63,210 nt of DNA, filler included, from Vannella sp. (GCA_023345925.1; 8 parts of 8 records of this genome joined end to end with filler, not necessarily neighbours in it); one strand, 5' to 3'. Positions 37,201 through 47,435 are shown, numbered from the whole stretch's first letter. Made by a program: numbers and translations. Notes: a model not told the origin generated them from the letters alone.

Positions 37201-37873
37201 TGATTGCCCTCTTGAAGATTCATACCAAATCGGCTATTGTCCCTCCAATTCTATTCCGTGAGGTGTTACAACGAGCCTTGCGAGCGTATCCAAGTCATCC
37301 TGAGTTCCTTCGTGCATTCATTTCGCACGAATCCCAATCTCAACTCCACAACCGCTTGAGAAGACACTTTGATATGTTCTGTGCGAGGTAGGCCCAACCA
37401 AATCCTTGTAGCTCTTTCTCATAGAGCCAATTAGAAACTCTTCTCCCATTGTCTGGCTCTTTGCTATCAAGTCCGAGACAAAGCGGGTGGGATCTTACAA
37501 TCGAATCGTCTCTCTCTTTGAAAGAGCTTTGGACATTCAAGAGTAAAGAGGCTCTCTCTCTTCTGTTCTGAAAATGCCAAGTCTGACCACTCTTAGGATC
37601 TCGAGATGCCCTCTGATGTGGCGCTCTTATCTCCAATTCCACATCCGCCGAGAAGAATTTGAAGAGGCAAAGGTACGAGGCAACTCCATAGCCATGAAAG
37701 TAACGCTCACAAAACACCAGCGCATTTACTTTCGAGCCATCCGGGCGGTCCCCTTCTCCAAATCCGTGTGGCTCCTTTGCACAGAGCTCAGATTCAATCC
37801 CGTCGAAATCCGAGAAACTGTTCAACTCATGGTGGAGAAGGAACTTCGCCTGAGACTGGCACTTTCAGAATGA
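34244..37873 (+). CDS. NRDE2: NRDE2 nuclear exosome regulator / HAT-repeat protein (multi-exon at the 3' end)
   Basis: DPKGDPELLMY, NRETYKNPHNIDAW, QAGYLERAVALYQAMIEFNCF, FEAFWDSESPRVGE, DSERVILFDDI, YFRAIRAVPFSKSVW, MVEKELRLR. Confidence 0.9.
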
Positions 37874-38567
37874 CGATCGCCCTCTCAACCCATAATTCAC
37901 TGCGCACCTGATCTGTATAAATAGGCGGGGGTTCGTTCTGTAGGATTAGCAGAAGGTCCGCAAATAACCTCCGTTTTCCGTTTCCTGGAGCGGGGAGTCG
38001 CCGTAACGTACCGAGAAGAAACCCCGCTGTTCAAAGAGCACAAAGCATCAAGTGTTGCATGGTGAGCACTTGGAATCGCAGCGTGAACATCTCCATCACA
38101 ACTCCATCAAGCCTCTGTATCCTCTGCTCTAGCTCTATCCGTGACTCTTCCTGTGGGAAGGAAATGGGATCGCTAAGGGGACTTCCAAGTCGGACGAAGT
38201 TGATCGAGCTTCAAAAGGCTGGAAAGGGAGGCCAACGAAGTCTCGGTCTTCCGGAGCAACCAGCAGAGGCCCTCAGGAATGGTCGTTGAGTGGACGAAGG
38301 ATTTGAACTCTCTCGTTCTTGATGCAGGGAAGGGGCTTGCCATGGCCCTACCTTTCCTTGCTTTCTCACCTTCAATGAGTTACAGAGCTGCCTCTAGCTG
38401 GTCTGGCGTTTAGTAACACCAAAAGGGGGTGACAGCATCAGTGATGATGACAAACTGTCGCAACGTTGACCAAAAGGGCTGTCTTTCTATCAACACTTGC
38501 GCCCTGAAGCACAAGGTGTCTTTCTATCAACACCTGAAGAGCACGAGCGAGTAAGTTTGTTCGAGAA

Positions 38568-38618
38568 CTAGTCTTCTTTCACCTCTTTGGATGAGAGCAG
38601 GAGGTGAAAGAAGACTAG
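38568..38618. repeat. Perfect 18-bp inverted repeat (hairpin, 15-nt loop)
   Basis: ctagtcttctttcacctc (38568-38585) pairs with gaggtgaaagaagactag (38601-38618). Confidence 0.9.
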
Positions 38619-38747
38619 ATCCCAGCTCTGATCAACGCCGCTGGAGGTAAAAATAATGTTAAAAAATATAAAAATAACTTTCTTTGCATTCCCTGTTTAT
38701 TTGAGAGGATCTCTCCAAGCACCCTGCCGTTGCTTCAGGGTGCTTGG

Positions 38748-38847
38748 NNNNNNNNNNNNNNNNNNNNNNNNNNNNNNNNNNNNNNNNNNNNTTAATTAAT
38801 TAANNNNNNNNNNNNNNNNNNNNNNNNNNNNNNNNNNNNNNNNNNNN
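38748..38847. other. Artificial contig linker
   Basis: N44-TTAATTAATTAA-N44. Confidence 0.99.
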
Positions 38848-39079
38848 TATCTGACCGCCCCCAGGAAGGTGGGAGACCACTTTTCTATCTGGAGTGGACT
38901 GGAGTGGACGCCTTCCTCAGAATTTTGGCGGAAACTCCCGCTTAACCCAGATTTAGTACTGAGAATTCCATTTTCTGGTTGTATGAAACACTTGACTAAT
39001 GAGATTTTGAGAACCACTGAATTGACGAGAATAGAAGATGATCTTTATCGAGGAAAGTTACTCTGCTGAAGAGAGCTCT

Positions 39080-40996
39080 TTACGCTTGACACTGGGCGGA
39101 GGGGGTCGATTTGGAGATTTTGCTGTCAGAGGAAGGCCATGAAGGTGGTAGAGGCCTCTTTTTACTGTTATGCCGAAGGAGGAGCCACGCAAGCTCCTCT
39201 TCCAACTCCGAAAGATTCTTTCTCTCATGCAGGAAGTGGGTGTCGGTCTTGGTGACCTCAACAGCAATCGCTCCTCCTTCCAAAGGGACGATTCGGCATG
39301 TGACCGAGAAACCTTCATTCTCTTCACAATGATCGCTTGGCTGATCAAAGCGGCACCACTTTGGATGTTTCCAGCTCAAGATGTTCGACAGTTCGAGTCC
39401 TTCTTGGGGATTGAGACCAGTGAGTTGGATGGTTTCTTGCGCCCCCTCAAGGAACTGTTTCAAGCTATCTCGATGTTTTGGCTTGATATGGAGTGGAATC
39501 TTGGGCCTCATGTAAGTGCCGTTGAATTCCTGCTTCTCTTCAATCGCTCGAATGCTGTCCCGGATTTCTTTCTCTCTGTTGAGATAAAATGGGCTCATCG
39601 CAGAGCTCATCTGAGATTTAACCAACATCTCACAAGCAACGTGACATTGGTGGGACCCTTCGAGCAGCAAGCGCTGAGTCACTTCAGTGAACAATGCCAG
39701 ATCTTCCACTTCATTGCTGACGAGGATAAGTCCCACCAAACGAGTTTTGAGCAAGTTCTGATCTCTGCAACGGTTCAGGTTCTTCCACAAGAGATTCAAA
39801 AGGGTGCGTCGGACGTCTCGGAACGGTTCGTTTGGCTGAGGACTTGCCAAGTCAGAAATCAGATTCTCGAGGACTGGGATGGAGATTTCCGCGTTGATGG
39901 AGTTTAGGATGGCATAGACGATTCCGAGGAACTCAGCATGATCAGGAAATGCTATGATGACTCCCAGAATCACCTTGTTGGATTGGCGATGGGCAGACGG
40001 CACTCTTTGAAGAGATTGCAACTGAATGCGAACCAAGTCTTCTCGGAAAGAAAAGATCTCAGTTTTGTGGGCCCAATCTCCGGTAGTGAGACCATCAAGA
40101 TAAGCCTTCCAGCTCTTGGCAATGCTCTCTTTCAATTCTTGTGTTGCAGGGAGATCTTCCTTGAATGAGCATTGATACTCCAAGCGACGGAGGATGAATG
40201 GAATGACGTCACGTTCAGCCAGCGTGCCCAACTCGTGCAGAAGAAACTGCACTGAAGAAGGACAGTCGACACTGATCAGCTGGGCAGCCATCAACGCGTT
40301 TGAAGTTTTAAGCTGCTCCCGAATTAGGTCACGGATATGATTAGATTCAGTCCCATTGGCAAGGACCAAACTGGTCAGATTGTGGAGGGTCACATTTGGG
40401 AAGAGAGCTCTGGCGTTCGCCTCTTCTGAATACATGAAGGGTAAGTCCTGCGCTCTAATCAACACCAAAAGGATGCCATAATCCATCATCGGTCTGGAAT
40501 TGTGTAAAGAGCAACTTGAGCGAGTTGGAAGAGAATTGGGATGATAGTCAGGACCTCCATCTAAAGCAACCCAATGTCTGATTGCGAAAGCTGATTTAAG
40601 GGGCCTGCTGTTCTTGCACAGCGGAAAAGAGAGACACGCCTCGAAATCGATTCCTTCTCCAACAAAACAGCGAATTCTTTGGCCTTCTCCCCTCGACTCG
40701 TTGGTTTTGTTCAGACAGTGCAACCAGCTAGAAGGAACCACGTTGAAGGGGTCAATGTCTTTCCATTCATTGTATATCTTGAAATCAGGAAGATTCAAGC
40801 ATATCAAAGAGGGCTGTTCCCACTCATTGAAGAGCTGTGCCAAAGCTGCGCAATCTCCCTTAACTAGTGCATCCTTGATCTGCCCAAGCCACTGAGAGCA
40901 GTGGCGCTTTCCTGTAATGTCGCTTAAACCGAGGTAAGAGCGATCACTGTTGGTATCGAGCGTGAGTGAGTCAAACATTAATCTTGACTTGAACAT
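39080..40996 (-). CDS. Uncharacterised protein, paralogue A (638 aa)
   Basis: Intronless ORF collinear with 44785-46710. The shared MFKSR start fixes the ATG at 40996. Confidence 0.8.
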   Translation of the reverse strand: MFKSRLMFDSLTLDTNSDRSYLGLSDITGKRHCSQWLGQIKDALVKGDCAALAQLFNEWEQPSLICLNLPDFKIYNEWKDIDPFNVVPSSWLHCLNKTNESRGEGQRIRCFVGEGIDFEACLSFPLCKNSRPLKSAFAIRHWVALDGGPDYHPNSLPTRSSCSLHNSRPMMDYGILLVLIRAQDLPFMYSEEANARALFPNVTLHNLTSLVLANGTESNHIRDLIREQLKTSNALMAAQLISVDCPSSVQFLLHELGTLAERDVIPFILRRLEYQCSFKEDLPATQELKESIAKSWKAYLDGLTTGDWAHKTEIFSFREDLVRIQLQSLQRVPSAHRQSNKVILGVIIAFPDHAEFLGIVYAILNSINAEISIPVLENLISDLASPQPNEPFRDVRRTLLNLLWKNLNRCRDQNLLKTRLVGLILVSNEVEDLALFTEVTQRLLLEGSHQCHVACEMLVKSQMSSAMSPFYLNREKEIRDSIRAIEEKQEFNGTYMRPKIPLHIKPKHRDSLKQFLEGAQETIQLTGLNPQEGLELSNILSWKHPKWCRFDQPSDHCEENEGFSVTCRIVPLEGGAIAVEVTKTDTHFLHERKNLSELEEELAWLLLRHNSKKRPLPPSWPSSDSKISKSTPSAQCQA

Positions 40997-41359
40997 CCTT
41001 GGAAACCTGGTGATGAAGCTGGGACTCTTGCGGGTGACTACTAGAAGGTAACGAATGAATGAGATCCGGAAAGACTTCGAAGAAATGATTCGAATCATTC
41101 TCGCCGCTTTTCGTGTTTATTACTGATTATCTTCCATAAACTGGCTAATGCATGCCCTACAGATTTAATAGAGGATTTATCACCTCGGCAGCGGTCGCAT
41201 TTCTTGATGAAGGGAGGCTCAACGCACGTGAGAGTGGATCGTTTCCGAATAGGAAAGTCAGAATTCGGCGACTGTCACTTGAATACAAGCCGCCTGTCAG
41301 ATAGAATGAGTTCTTTGCAGAGCTATTTTGGTTATCTACAAGCATTCCCCAACTGATGG

Positions 41360-41465
41360 CATTGAGTGGGTCCCTTCGAGGAGCAAGCGTTGAGTCATTT
41401 AAGTGAACAATCCCAGATCCACTTCATTGCAGATGAGGACAAATCCTGGCAATGAGATCTTTAGC
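41360..41465 (-). pseudogene. Fragment of a third copy of the paralogue A/B family
   Basis: Aligns to about 39645-39750 (cccttcgag..gcaagcg.tgagtca.tt.agtgaacaat.ccagatc..cacttcattgc). Confidence 0.75.
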
Positions 41466-41657
41466 ATTGGGGGGTGTGACACCCACACCAGCGAGAAGGA
41501 AATCTAAATTCAAGGGAAAAATTATGACCAGCGATGGATCCTCAATATCTTCCAAATGACTTTCATTTCAAATTGTTTGTGGCGGCTAAGAAACAGAATC
41601 TTCCAACAGTCACTCTCATGAGACTAATGAAGAAGTGAAAATGCAGAGCCGGCAGTT

Positions 41658-44231
41658 TTAAATCTGTTGGTCGCTTACTTTTTGGCCAAGAGCGTTCAAT
41701 TTCCGATTGAGTAAGTAAGTGCTACTCCGGATATAGACTTCGATGAGCATTATACTAGCCAAGACGATGATAATGGCGAAGCCAACGAATGCAAGAGAGA
41801 GCCATGAAAGAACTCGGTCCAACGACTGGTCTTTGTTGTTGTCGATTCCTGTTAACAAGAGAGCAAAGGAGGTTAGGTGTGGGGTAATTCCACAGAAGGT
41901 GGATTGGTCATCATTGGAATTGAGTAACCTTTCAAGTGAAGAGTCTTGGCAGCGCCAGATTCCCATTTCTGTGTCAAAGAAGCCCAAACACTTCTCAAAT
42001 GCATTCTCTCCGAGCCCGGCAATAGTAGTAAGGCAAATAGTTAGCGGGAGATCTAGAATCTGGACATAGCAGCCATTGGAGTCTTGCAGAGTGATCTCCA
42101 CAAGGAAGAATGAAGTCACCTGGGATAAAAGCTGCCGCTCCGATGGATCTTGAGAAACAATGACTTTCACATTCAGACGGCTCTGGCCAGACGTAACACC
42201 TGAAGGGACAAAGAGAGTACCCACTGATCTTCCGTTCAGGGTACCGAGATTAATGGTTTGCGAACGGTTCCTTGAATCGCTCAAGAAGTAACTTGCTGAT
42301 CCTCCGCTGCATTCGCTGGTGCAGTAAGAAAGATCCACCAACTCGACAGAAGGTATCAAAGTAACCTGGGAACATGCTTGCAAACTTGCCGTGTTAATTA
42401 GAGGAGGGGAAGGTCGAATTGATTCAGCTATCGATTGTTGCCCACTTGGAATTGAACTGAAAGTTCCTGAAACTGAAATTGATACTGGCTGACTAATGCT
42501 CTGGCTGGTATTGATGGGCAAAGAGATTGAGAGTCTCCCAGAGAAGGACATTGTTCGACTGTTTGAAGGAGTCGCATCAAAAGCCGACGAAACTCTGGGA
42601 GAAGATTCTAATGTTGGATTAACAGGGGATGGAGTATTAGAAAAGGTTGAAGGAGCAACAAGCGAAGACGACACCGAAGAGATGCCATTCTCCTCAGACT
42701 CGCTCGTCGTTGCAGAGGCTACACTCGTAGCAGAACTACTAGAAGAGGCACCCGCGAATGAGCGAGCCGAGTCACTTGCAGCCAAAGTGGAAGAATGTGA
42801 TCCGCTGGTCGTCAAGCTGGTGGTTGGTCCAAAAGAAGCAAATGAAGATGAGGTAGCCAAAGCGGGCGTGAGCGTACTTGGATTTCTCTGGAAAGTAGGA
42901 GAGCTGCTTGATGATACTGATGCAGAGGGCTGCTCGCTCAATGTGGAAGATTCTGTGCTCGCGAGGCTGAAAGTAAGGCTCGGTGTGGGAGAGGCAGTGG
43001 ATGACGATGTTCGTGGGTAGCTATCAAAAGAAGTGGATGTGCTAGTTGTCGCACTCGCAGTCGGTGTTCCGGAGGATGTGAGCGGAGCTGAAAAGGCTGT
43101 CTCGGATGTAAGAGGAGAGCCTGTTGTGCTCGTGGAACCGCTCAAAGAGGGAGAGAGAGAAGCTACTTCATACGACGAAAAAGTCGCACTGCTTGTTGCA
43201 CTCATAGAGGCAGAAGAGCTGAGAGAAAGCGATGAAGGGCTCAAACGTAGCGTGGAAGTTGCACTTGTGCTTGTGCTTTGGCTGAATGAAGGGGAGGTAG
43301 ATGCTGAATGAGACCTTGCCGAAGCTGTAATGCTCTCAGAGGTTGAGGAGGACGAGGAAGCCGTTCCACTCAATGAAAGCGTTGGGGTGTTCGATCTGCT
43401 TTGAGAAGCAGATGGTGTACCAGACAATGATGAAGAATCTGTGTTGGAAGAGGAGAGACTGTCACTTAGAGAGGCTGTAAGAGAGGGACTCCTCGTTCTG
43501 CTTGGGCTGGTGGACAACGAAGCACTTGGGGAGGGTGATCCTGAGCGTGTTGGTGTGATGGTCGCGGTAAGGGAAGCAGTAGCGGATAGTGTACCAGACA
43601 ATGATGAAGAAGCTGTCTCGCTTACTGTGTTGGAAGATGATGGAGAAGCTGTCTCGCTTCCTGTGCTAGAAGATGATGAAGAAGCTGTCTCACTTCCTGT
43701 GCTGGAAGATGACGAAGAAGCTGTCTCGCTTCCTGTGATGGAAGATGATGAAGAAGCTGTCTCGCTTCCTGTGTTGGAAGATGATGAAGAAGCTGTCTCA
43801 CTTACTGTGTTGGTAGATGACGCTGAAGCGGAGAGGCTGTCACTTGCACTTGGAGAGGGAGTAAGAGAGGGGCTCTCGGTTCTGCTTGGGCTAGTGGACA
43901 ACGAACCACTTTGGGAGGGTGATCCTGAGCGTGTTGGTGTGATGGTCACGGTGGGGGAAGCAGAATTAGAATCAGAACCAGAGAGAGCTTCTTTCTCTTG
44001 ACCATGCCGCGACTTCCTCGGATTTGGGAGAAGAGTTGCCGCGTCAGGAGGCAGAGGACTTGGGACATCCACTTGAGCGACAGGAGACATGCTTTCAAGT
44101 TCATTTGTGCGGAGAAGCTTCGCAGGGGGAAGGGGCAAGAAGAGTCTGGGAGGATGCAACTTTGCTGTCAAGCTCTCTGTTTGAATGACCAGGAATACCA
44201 AGACCGCAATAAGAGTGACCGTGCTCGTCAT
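41658..44231 (-). CDS. Ser/Thr-rich mucin-like single-pass membrane protein with GPS motif
   Basis: Signal peptide MTSTVTLIAVLVFLVIQTES, long S/T stalk, CLGFFDTEMGIWRCQD...CGITPHL|TSFALLL, one TM and a short tail. Paralogous to 1-1431. Confidence 0.85.
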   Translation of the reverse strand: MTSTVTLIAVLVFLVIQTESLTAKLHPPRLFLPLPPAKLLRTNELESMSPVAQVDVPSPLPPDAATLLPNPRKSRHGQEKEALSGSDSNSASPTVTITPTRSGSPSQSGSLSTSPSRTESPSLTPSPSASDSLSASASSTNTVSETASSSSSNTGSETASSSSSITGSETASSSSSSTGSETASSSSSSTGSETASPSSSNTVSETASSSLSGTLSATASLTATITPTRSGSPSPSASLSTSPSRTRSPSLTASLSDSLSSSNTDSSSLSGTPSASQSRSNTPTLSLSGTASSSSSTSESITASARSHSASTSPSFSQSTSTSATSTLRLSPSSLSLSSSASMSATSSATFSSYEVASLSPSLSGSTSTTGSPLTSETAFSAPLTSSGTPTASATTSTSTSFDSYPRTSSSTASPTPSLTFSLASTESSTLSEQPSASVSSSSSPTFQRNPSTLTPALATSSSFASFGPTTSLTTSGSHSSTLAASDSARSFAGASSSSSATSVASATTSESEENGISSVSSSLVAPSTFSNTPSPVNPTLESSPRVSSAFDATPSNSRTMSFSGRLSISLPINTSQSISQPVSISVSGTFSSIPSGQQSIAESIRPSPPLINTASLQACSQVTLIPSVELVDLSYCTSECSGGSASYFLSDSRNRSQTINLGTLNGRSVGTLFVPSGVTSGQSRLNVKVIVSQDPSERQLLSQVTSFFLVEITLQDSNGCYVQILDLPLTICLTTIAGLGENAFEKCLGFFDTEMGIWRCQDSSLERLLNSNDDQSTFCGITPHLTSFALLLTGIDNNKDQSLDRVLSWLSLAFVGFAIIIVLASIMLIEVYIRSSTYLLNRKLNALGQKVSDQQI
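43606..43825 (-). repeat. Coding tandem repeat, 36-bp unit, about 6 copies (SETASSSSSSTG)
   Basis: Unit gaagctgtctcgcttcctgtgttggaagatgatgaa. Flanked by a duplicated block (TITPTRSGSPS...STSPSRT) at about 43480-43570 and 43860-43950. Confidence 0.9.
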
Positions 44232-44454
44232 GTCCGAAGGAATGGTGAACTCCCAAAGGTTCCAGCAGAAATGAGTTTCGGACGAGCACTGCGGAAGTTG
44301 CCCGACAGCGACTGGGGAAGACTTTTTCTGCCAATCAATGGCGGCCACGTCAGAGGAACACGACTAAAGCCATTTTTCGCACATGCGAGCATCTTGTTGG
44401 AGAATTTTCCAAAAACGGTGTAGAAAATCCACCAGTGAAGGGGAAGAGAGGGGC

Positions 44455-44590
44455 GGAACTCGTGTCTGCGTAGCTTGCCCTGATGACCTCCATCTCTTCA
44501 GGATAAGCTTTTGGAGTGATTTCATTTTTTCACTTTTTGGATGTTTCAGGACCCAAACGAGGGAAATGCCCTCTCAGCCCGTGACTTCTC
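44455..44590 (+). repeat. Dispersed non-coding element, copy 1
   Basis: aactcgtgt..gcgtagcttg.cctgatgacctccatctcttcaggataagcttttg...gatttcattttt...ggacc..aacga.gggaaatgccctc; homologous to 46984-47120. Confidence 0.85.
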
Positions 44591-44784
44591 ACCTTGAGCA
44601 AACACCCCGATCTGGAGAGTGAAATACTCCCTCTTTCACAGTTTAAACAAGCAATTGCTGATCTCAAAGGTGCAGAATTTGATCCTGCGTCATGTAGTTG
44701 AACTGGTAGCTACAATAGTGTTGTTCCCTCGCGACAGATGACTATCATCTCGGTTGTGAGCTGGATGAGGGTTTATCGACTACT

Positions 44785-46710
44785 CTAAGAGCCATAATCC
44801 GGGAATTTTTCGTAGAAGGTCGATTTGGAGATTTTGTTGTCAGGACCAGACAGCGACGAAGGTGGCAGAGGCCGCTTTCTGTTGTTGTGCTGAAGGAGGA
44901 GCCAAGCGAGCTCCTCTTTCAAGTCCAAAAGATACCTTCTCTCGTGCAGGAAGTGGCTGTCAGTCTGGGTGACCTCAACAGCAATCGCTCCTCCTTCCAA
45001 AGGGACGATTCGGCAATGGACCGAGAAACCTTCATTCTCTTCACAGTGATCGCTTGGCTGATCAAAGCGGCACCACTTTGGATGTCTCCAGGTCAAGATG
45101 TTCGACAGTTCGAGTCCTTTTTCGTGAGTGAGAACGGGGAGTTGGATGGTCTCCTGTGTCCCTTCCAAGAACTGGCAGAGACGATGTCGATCATCTCCTT
45201 CCACTTGGAGCGGAACCTTGGGATTCAGGTAAGTGCCGTCGAAAAGCTGCTTCTCTTCAATCACTCGAATGCTTTCGCGAATTTCTTTCTCTCTTTCAAG
45301 ATAGAATGGGCACTTTACAGAGCTTATGCTACATTCTGTGAGTATCTCACAAGCAATGTGGCTTGGGTGGGAACCTTCCATGAGCAGGCGCTGAGTCACT
45401 TCAGTGATCAATGCCAGATCTTCAACTTCATTGCTGACCAAGAGAAGTCCCAGCAAATGATCTCTGATCAACTCCTGATCTCCGTGAATGTTCAGTTTCT
45501 TCCACAGAAGATTCAAAAAGGCGCACCGAAGGAGTAGGAGCGGTTCGTTTGGTTGAGTTCTTTCCAAATCAGAAATCAGATTCACTAGGACTGGGATGGA
45601 TCTTTCAGCCTGGATGGAACCGATAATGTCGTAAATGATTCCAAGGAACTCAGCATGGTCAGGGAACGCTCTGACGACCTCCTGAATCACTTTGATGCAT
45701 TTCAGAGAGGCTGATGGCACTTTCTGGAGAGCTTGCAGTTGCAGGCGAACCAAGTCTTCTCCGAAAGAGAAGATTTCAGTTTTGTTTGCCCAATCTGTTG
45801 AGGTGAGACCATCAATATAAGCCTTCCAGCTCTTGGTGATGCTCTCTTTCAATTCCCGTGTTGCGGGGAGATCTTCCTTGAATGAACATTGATATTCCAA
45901 GCGACGGAGGATGAATGGAATGATGTCACGGTCTTCCAACGTGTTCAACTCGCGGAGAAGAAACTGCACTGAAGAAGGGCAGTCGACACTGATCAGTTGG
46001 GCAGCCATCAATGCGTTTGAGGTCTTCAACTGCACTCGAATCATGTCACGGATGTTATCAGATTCGGTCCCATTGGCAAGGACCAAACTCGTAAGATTTT
46101 GGAGGGTCACATTTGGGAAGAGGGCCCTGGCGTTCGCCTCCTCTGAATACATAGAGGGCAAATCCTGCTCTCGAATTAGCACCAATAGAAGGCCATACGA
46201 CTCTCCGCTTCCAGCTCCCCAATTTCTCAGGTATACATTGGGGCAGGAAGAAGCTGGAAGATAAGTGGGATGGTGGTCAGAGCCTTTGTCTAGCGCAACC
46301 CAATAGTTGACCCAGAAAGCTGATCGAGTTTTGGTATGTTTCTTGCCCAACGGGAATGAGATAGTTTTCTTGGTTTCCATTCCTTCTCCAACAAAACATC
46401 GAATCTTTTGGCCTTCTGGCCTTGACTTGTTAGCTGTGTTCAGACACTGTAGCCAGTCGGACGGGATCACTTTGTACGGGTCAATGGTTTTCCAGTCTGC
46501 ATACTTCCTCGTCTCCCCAGGAGGCAGCAAGCACCTCACAGTGGGCCCATCTTCCCATTCATTGAAAAGCTTTGTCACAGCTGCGCAATCTCCTTTCTTA
46601 AGAGCGCATTCGAGCCTCGAGAGCCAGTAAGGCAAGGTAATGGGAGTGGAGCTTAAACCGAGGAAACCGATCTTCGTCGTCGAATTGAACTTTGATCTTG
46701 ATTTGAACAT
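44785..46710 (-). CDS. Uncharacterised protein, paralogue B (641 aa)
   Basis: Intronless ORF with long identical blocks shared with 39080-40996 (MYSEEANARALFPNVTL, HPKWCRFDQPSDHCEENEGFSV). Confidence 0.8.
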   Translation of the reverse strand: MFKSRSKFNSTTKIGFLGLSSTPITLPYWLSRLECALKKGDCAAVTKLFNEWEDGPTVRCLLPPGETRKYADWKTIDPYKVIPSDWLQCLNTANKSRPEGQKIRCFVGEGMETKKTISFPLGKKHTKTRSAFWVNYWVALDKGSDHHPTYLPASSCPNVYLRNWGAGSGESYGLLLVLIREQDLPSMYSEEANARALFPNVTLQNLTSLVLANGTESDNIRDMIRVQLKTSNALMAAQLISVDCPSSVQFLLRELNTLEDRDIIPFILRRLEYQCSFKEDLPATRELKESITKSWKAYIDGLTSTDWANKTEIFSFGEDLVRLQLQALQKVPSASLKCIKVIQEVVRAFPDHAEFLGIIYDIIGSIQAERSIPVLVNLISDLERTQPNEPLLLLRCAFLNLLWKKLNIHGDQELIRDHLLGLLLVSNEVEDLALITEVTQRLLMEGSHPSHIACEILTECSISSVKCPFYLEREKEIRESIRVIEEKQLFDGTYLNPKVPLQVEGDDRHRLCQFLEGTQETIQLPVLTHEKGLELSNILTWRHPKWCRFDQPSDHCEENEGFSVHCRIVPLEGGAIAVEVTQTDSHFLHERRYLLDLKEELAWLLLQHNNRKRPLPPSSLSGPDNKISKSTFYEKFPDYGS

Positions 46711-46848
46711 CCTTTGGAGAACACTTTGTTGGAGAAGGATGAGTCTGACGACTAAAGGCTGACAACAAATGAAATTAGAAACAACTTTGAAGAAACCATT
46801 CCTCCTTTTTGAGAGAATTCAATCCTTCATCGCCTGATTCACTTGGCA

Positions 46849-47310
46849 GAACTCGTGTTGGCGTAGCTTGCCTAATGACCTTCATCTCTTCAACAAAAGA
46901 TTTTGGACTGATTTCATTTCTTTACCTTTTGGCTCGAGGACCATACAATGCCCTCAGAGAAAAAAAGGGGAAGAGGGTTCCAAAACTCGTGTTTGCGTAG
47001 GTTGTCCTGATGACCTCCATCTCTTCAGGATAAGCTTTTGAGCAGATTTCATTTTTGTGTTTTGGGTGCTTCCAAGGACCCGAACGAGGGGAAATGCCCT
47101 CGCCGCTCGTGACTTTTCTCAATGGGCTTGGTTGCTCTTATCCTATTTTTTTCCTTTTCCCAGAAGGTGTAAAATATAAAACTATACATAATGGCTCGAC
47201 CCCCAAAAGGACTGATTTTCATTTTTTCACTTTTTGGATGTTTGGTCGCCACTCGTGACTTCTCTCAAAGGCCCCGATCGATTTTAGAGGTACTTTTCAA
47301 CCGTGGCCAG
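46849..47310 (+). repeat. Cluster of dispersed-element copies (partial 46849-46920, full 46984-47120, partial 47209-47310)
   Basis: Direct similarity to 44455-44590. The last part (47267-47310) matches 49108-49151. Confidence 0.8.
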
Positions 47311-47435
47311 CGGACGTGGTTGACTGGGGCGGTGAATTCTCTCTGGAAAGACAGTTCCAATTCCTGTCATTCTCTGGGACTTTTTTTCTCTCCTCCATGG
47401 CGTCAGAAGGTGAAGAATCGCTCTGTCGCTTTGCT

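Noticed and set aside
38441..38507. Possible C/D snoRNA (GTGATGA...CTGA)
   Set aside because: No terminal stem or recognisable rRNA guide; such short boxes arise by chance.
44480..44510. CTGATGA in the dispersed element as a hammerhead ribozyme core or C box
   Set aside because: There is no correctly placed GAAA or stem II/III, and the motif is mutated in the 46849 and 55067 copies.
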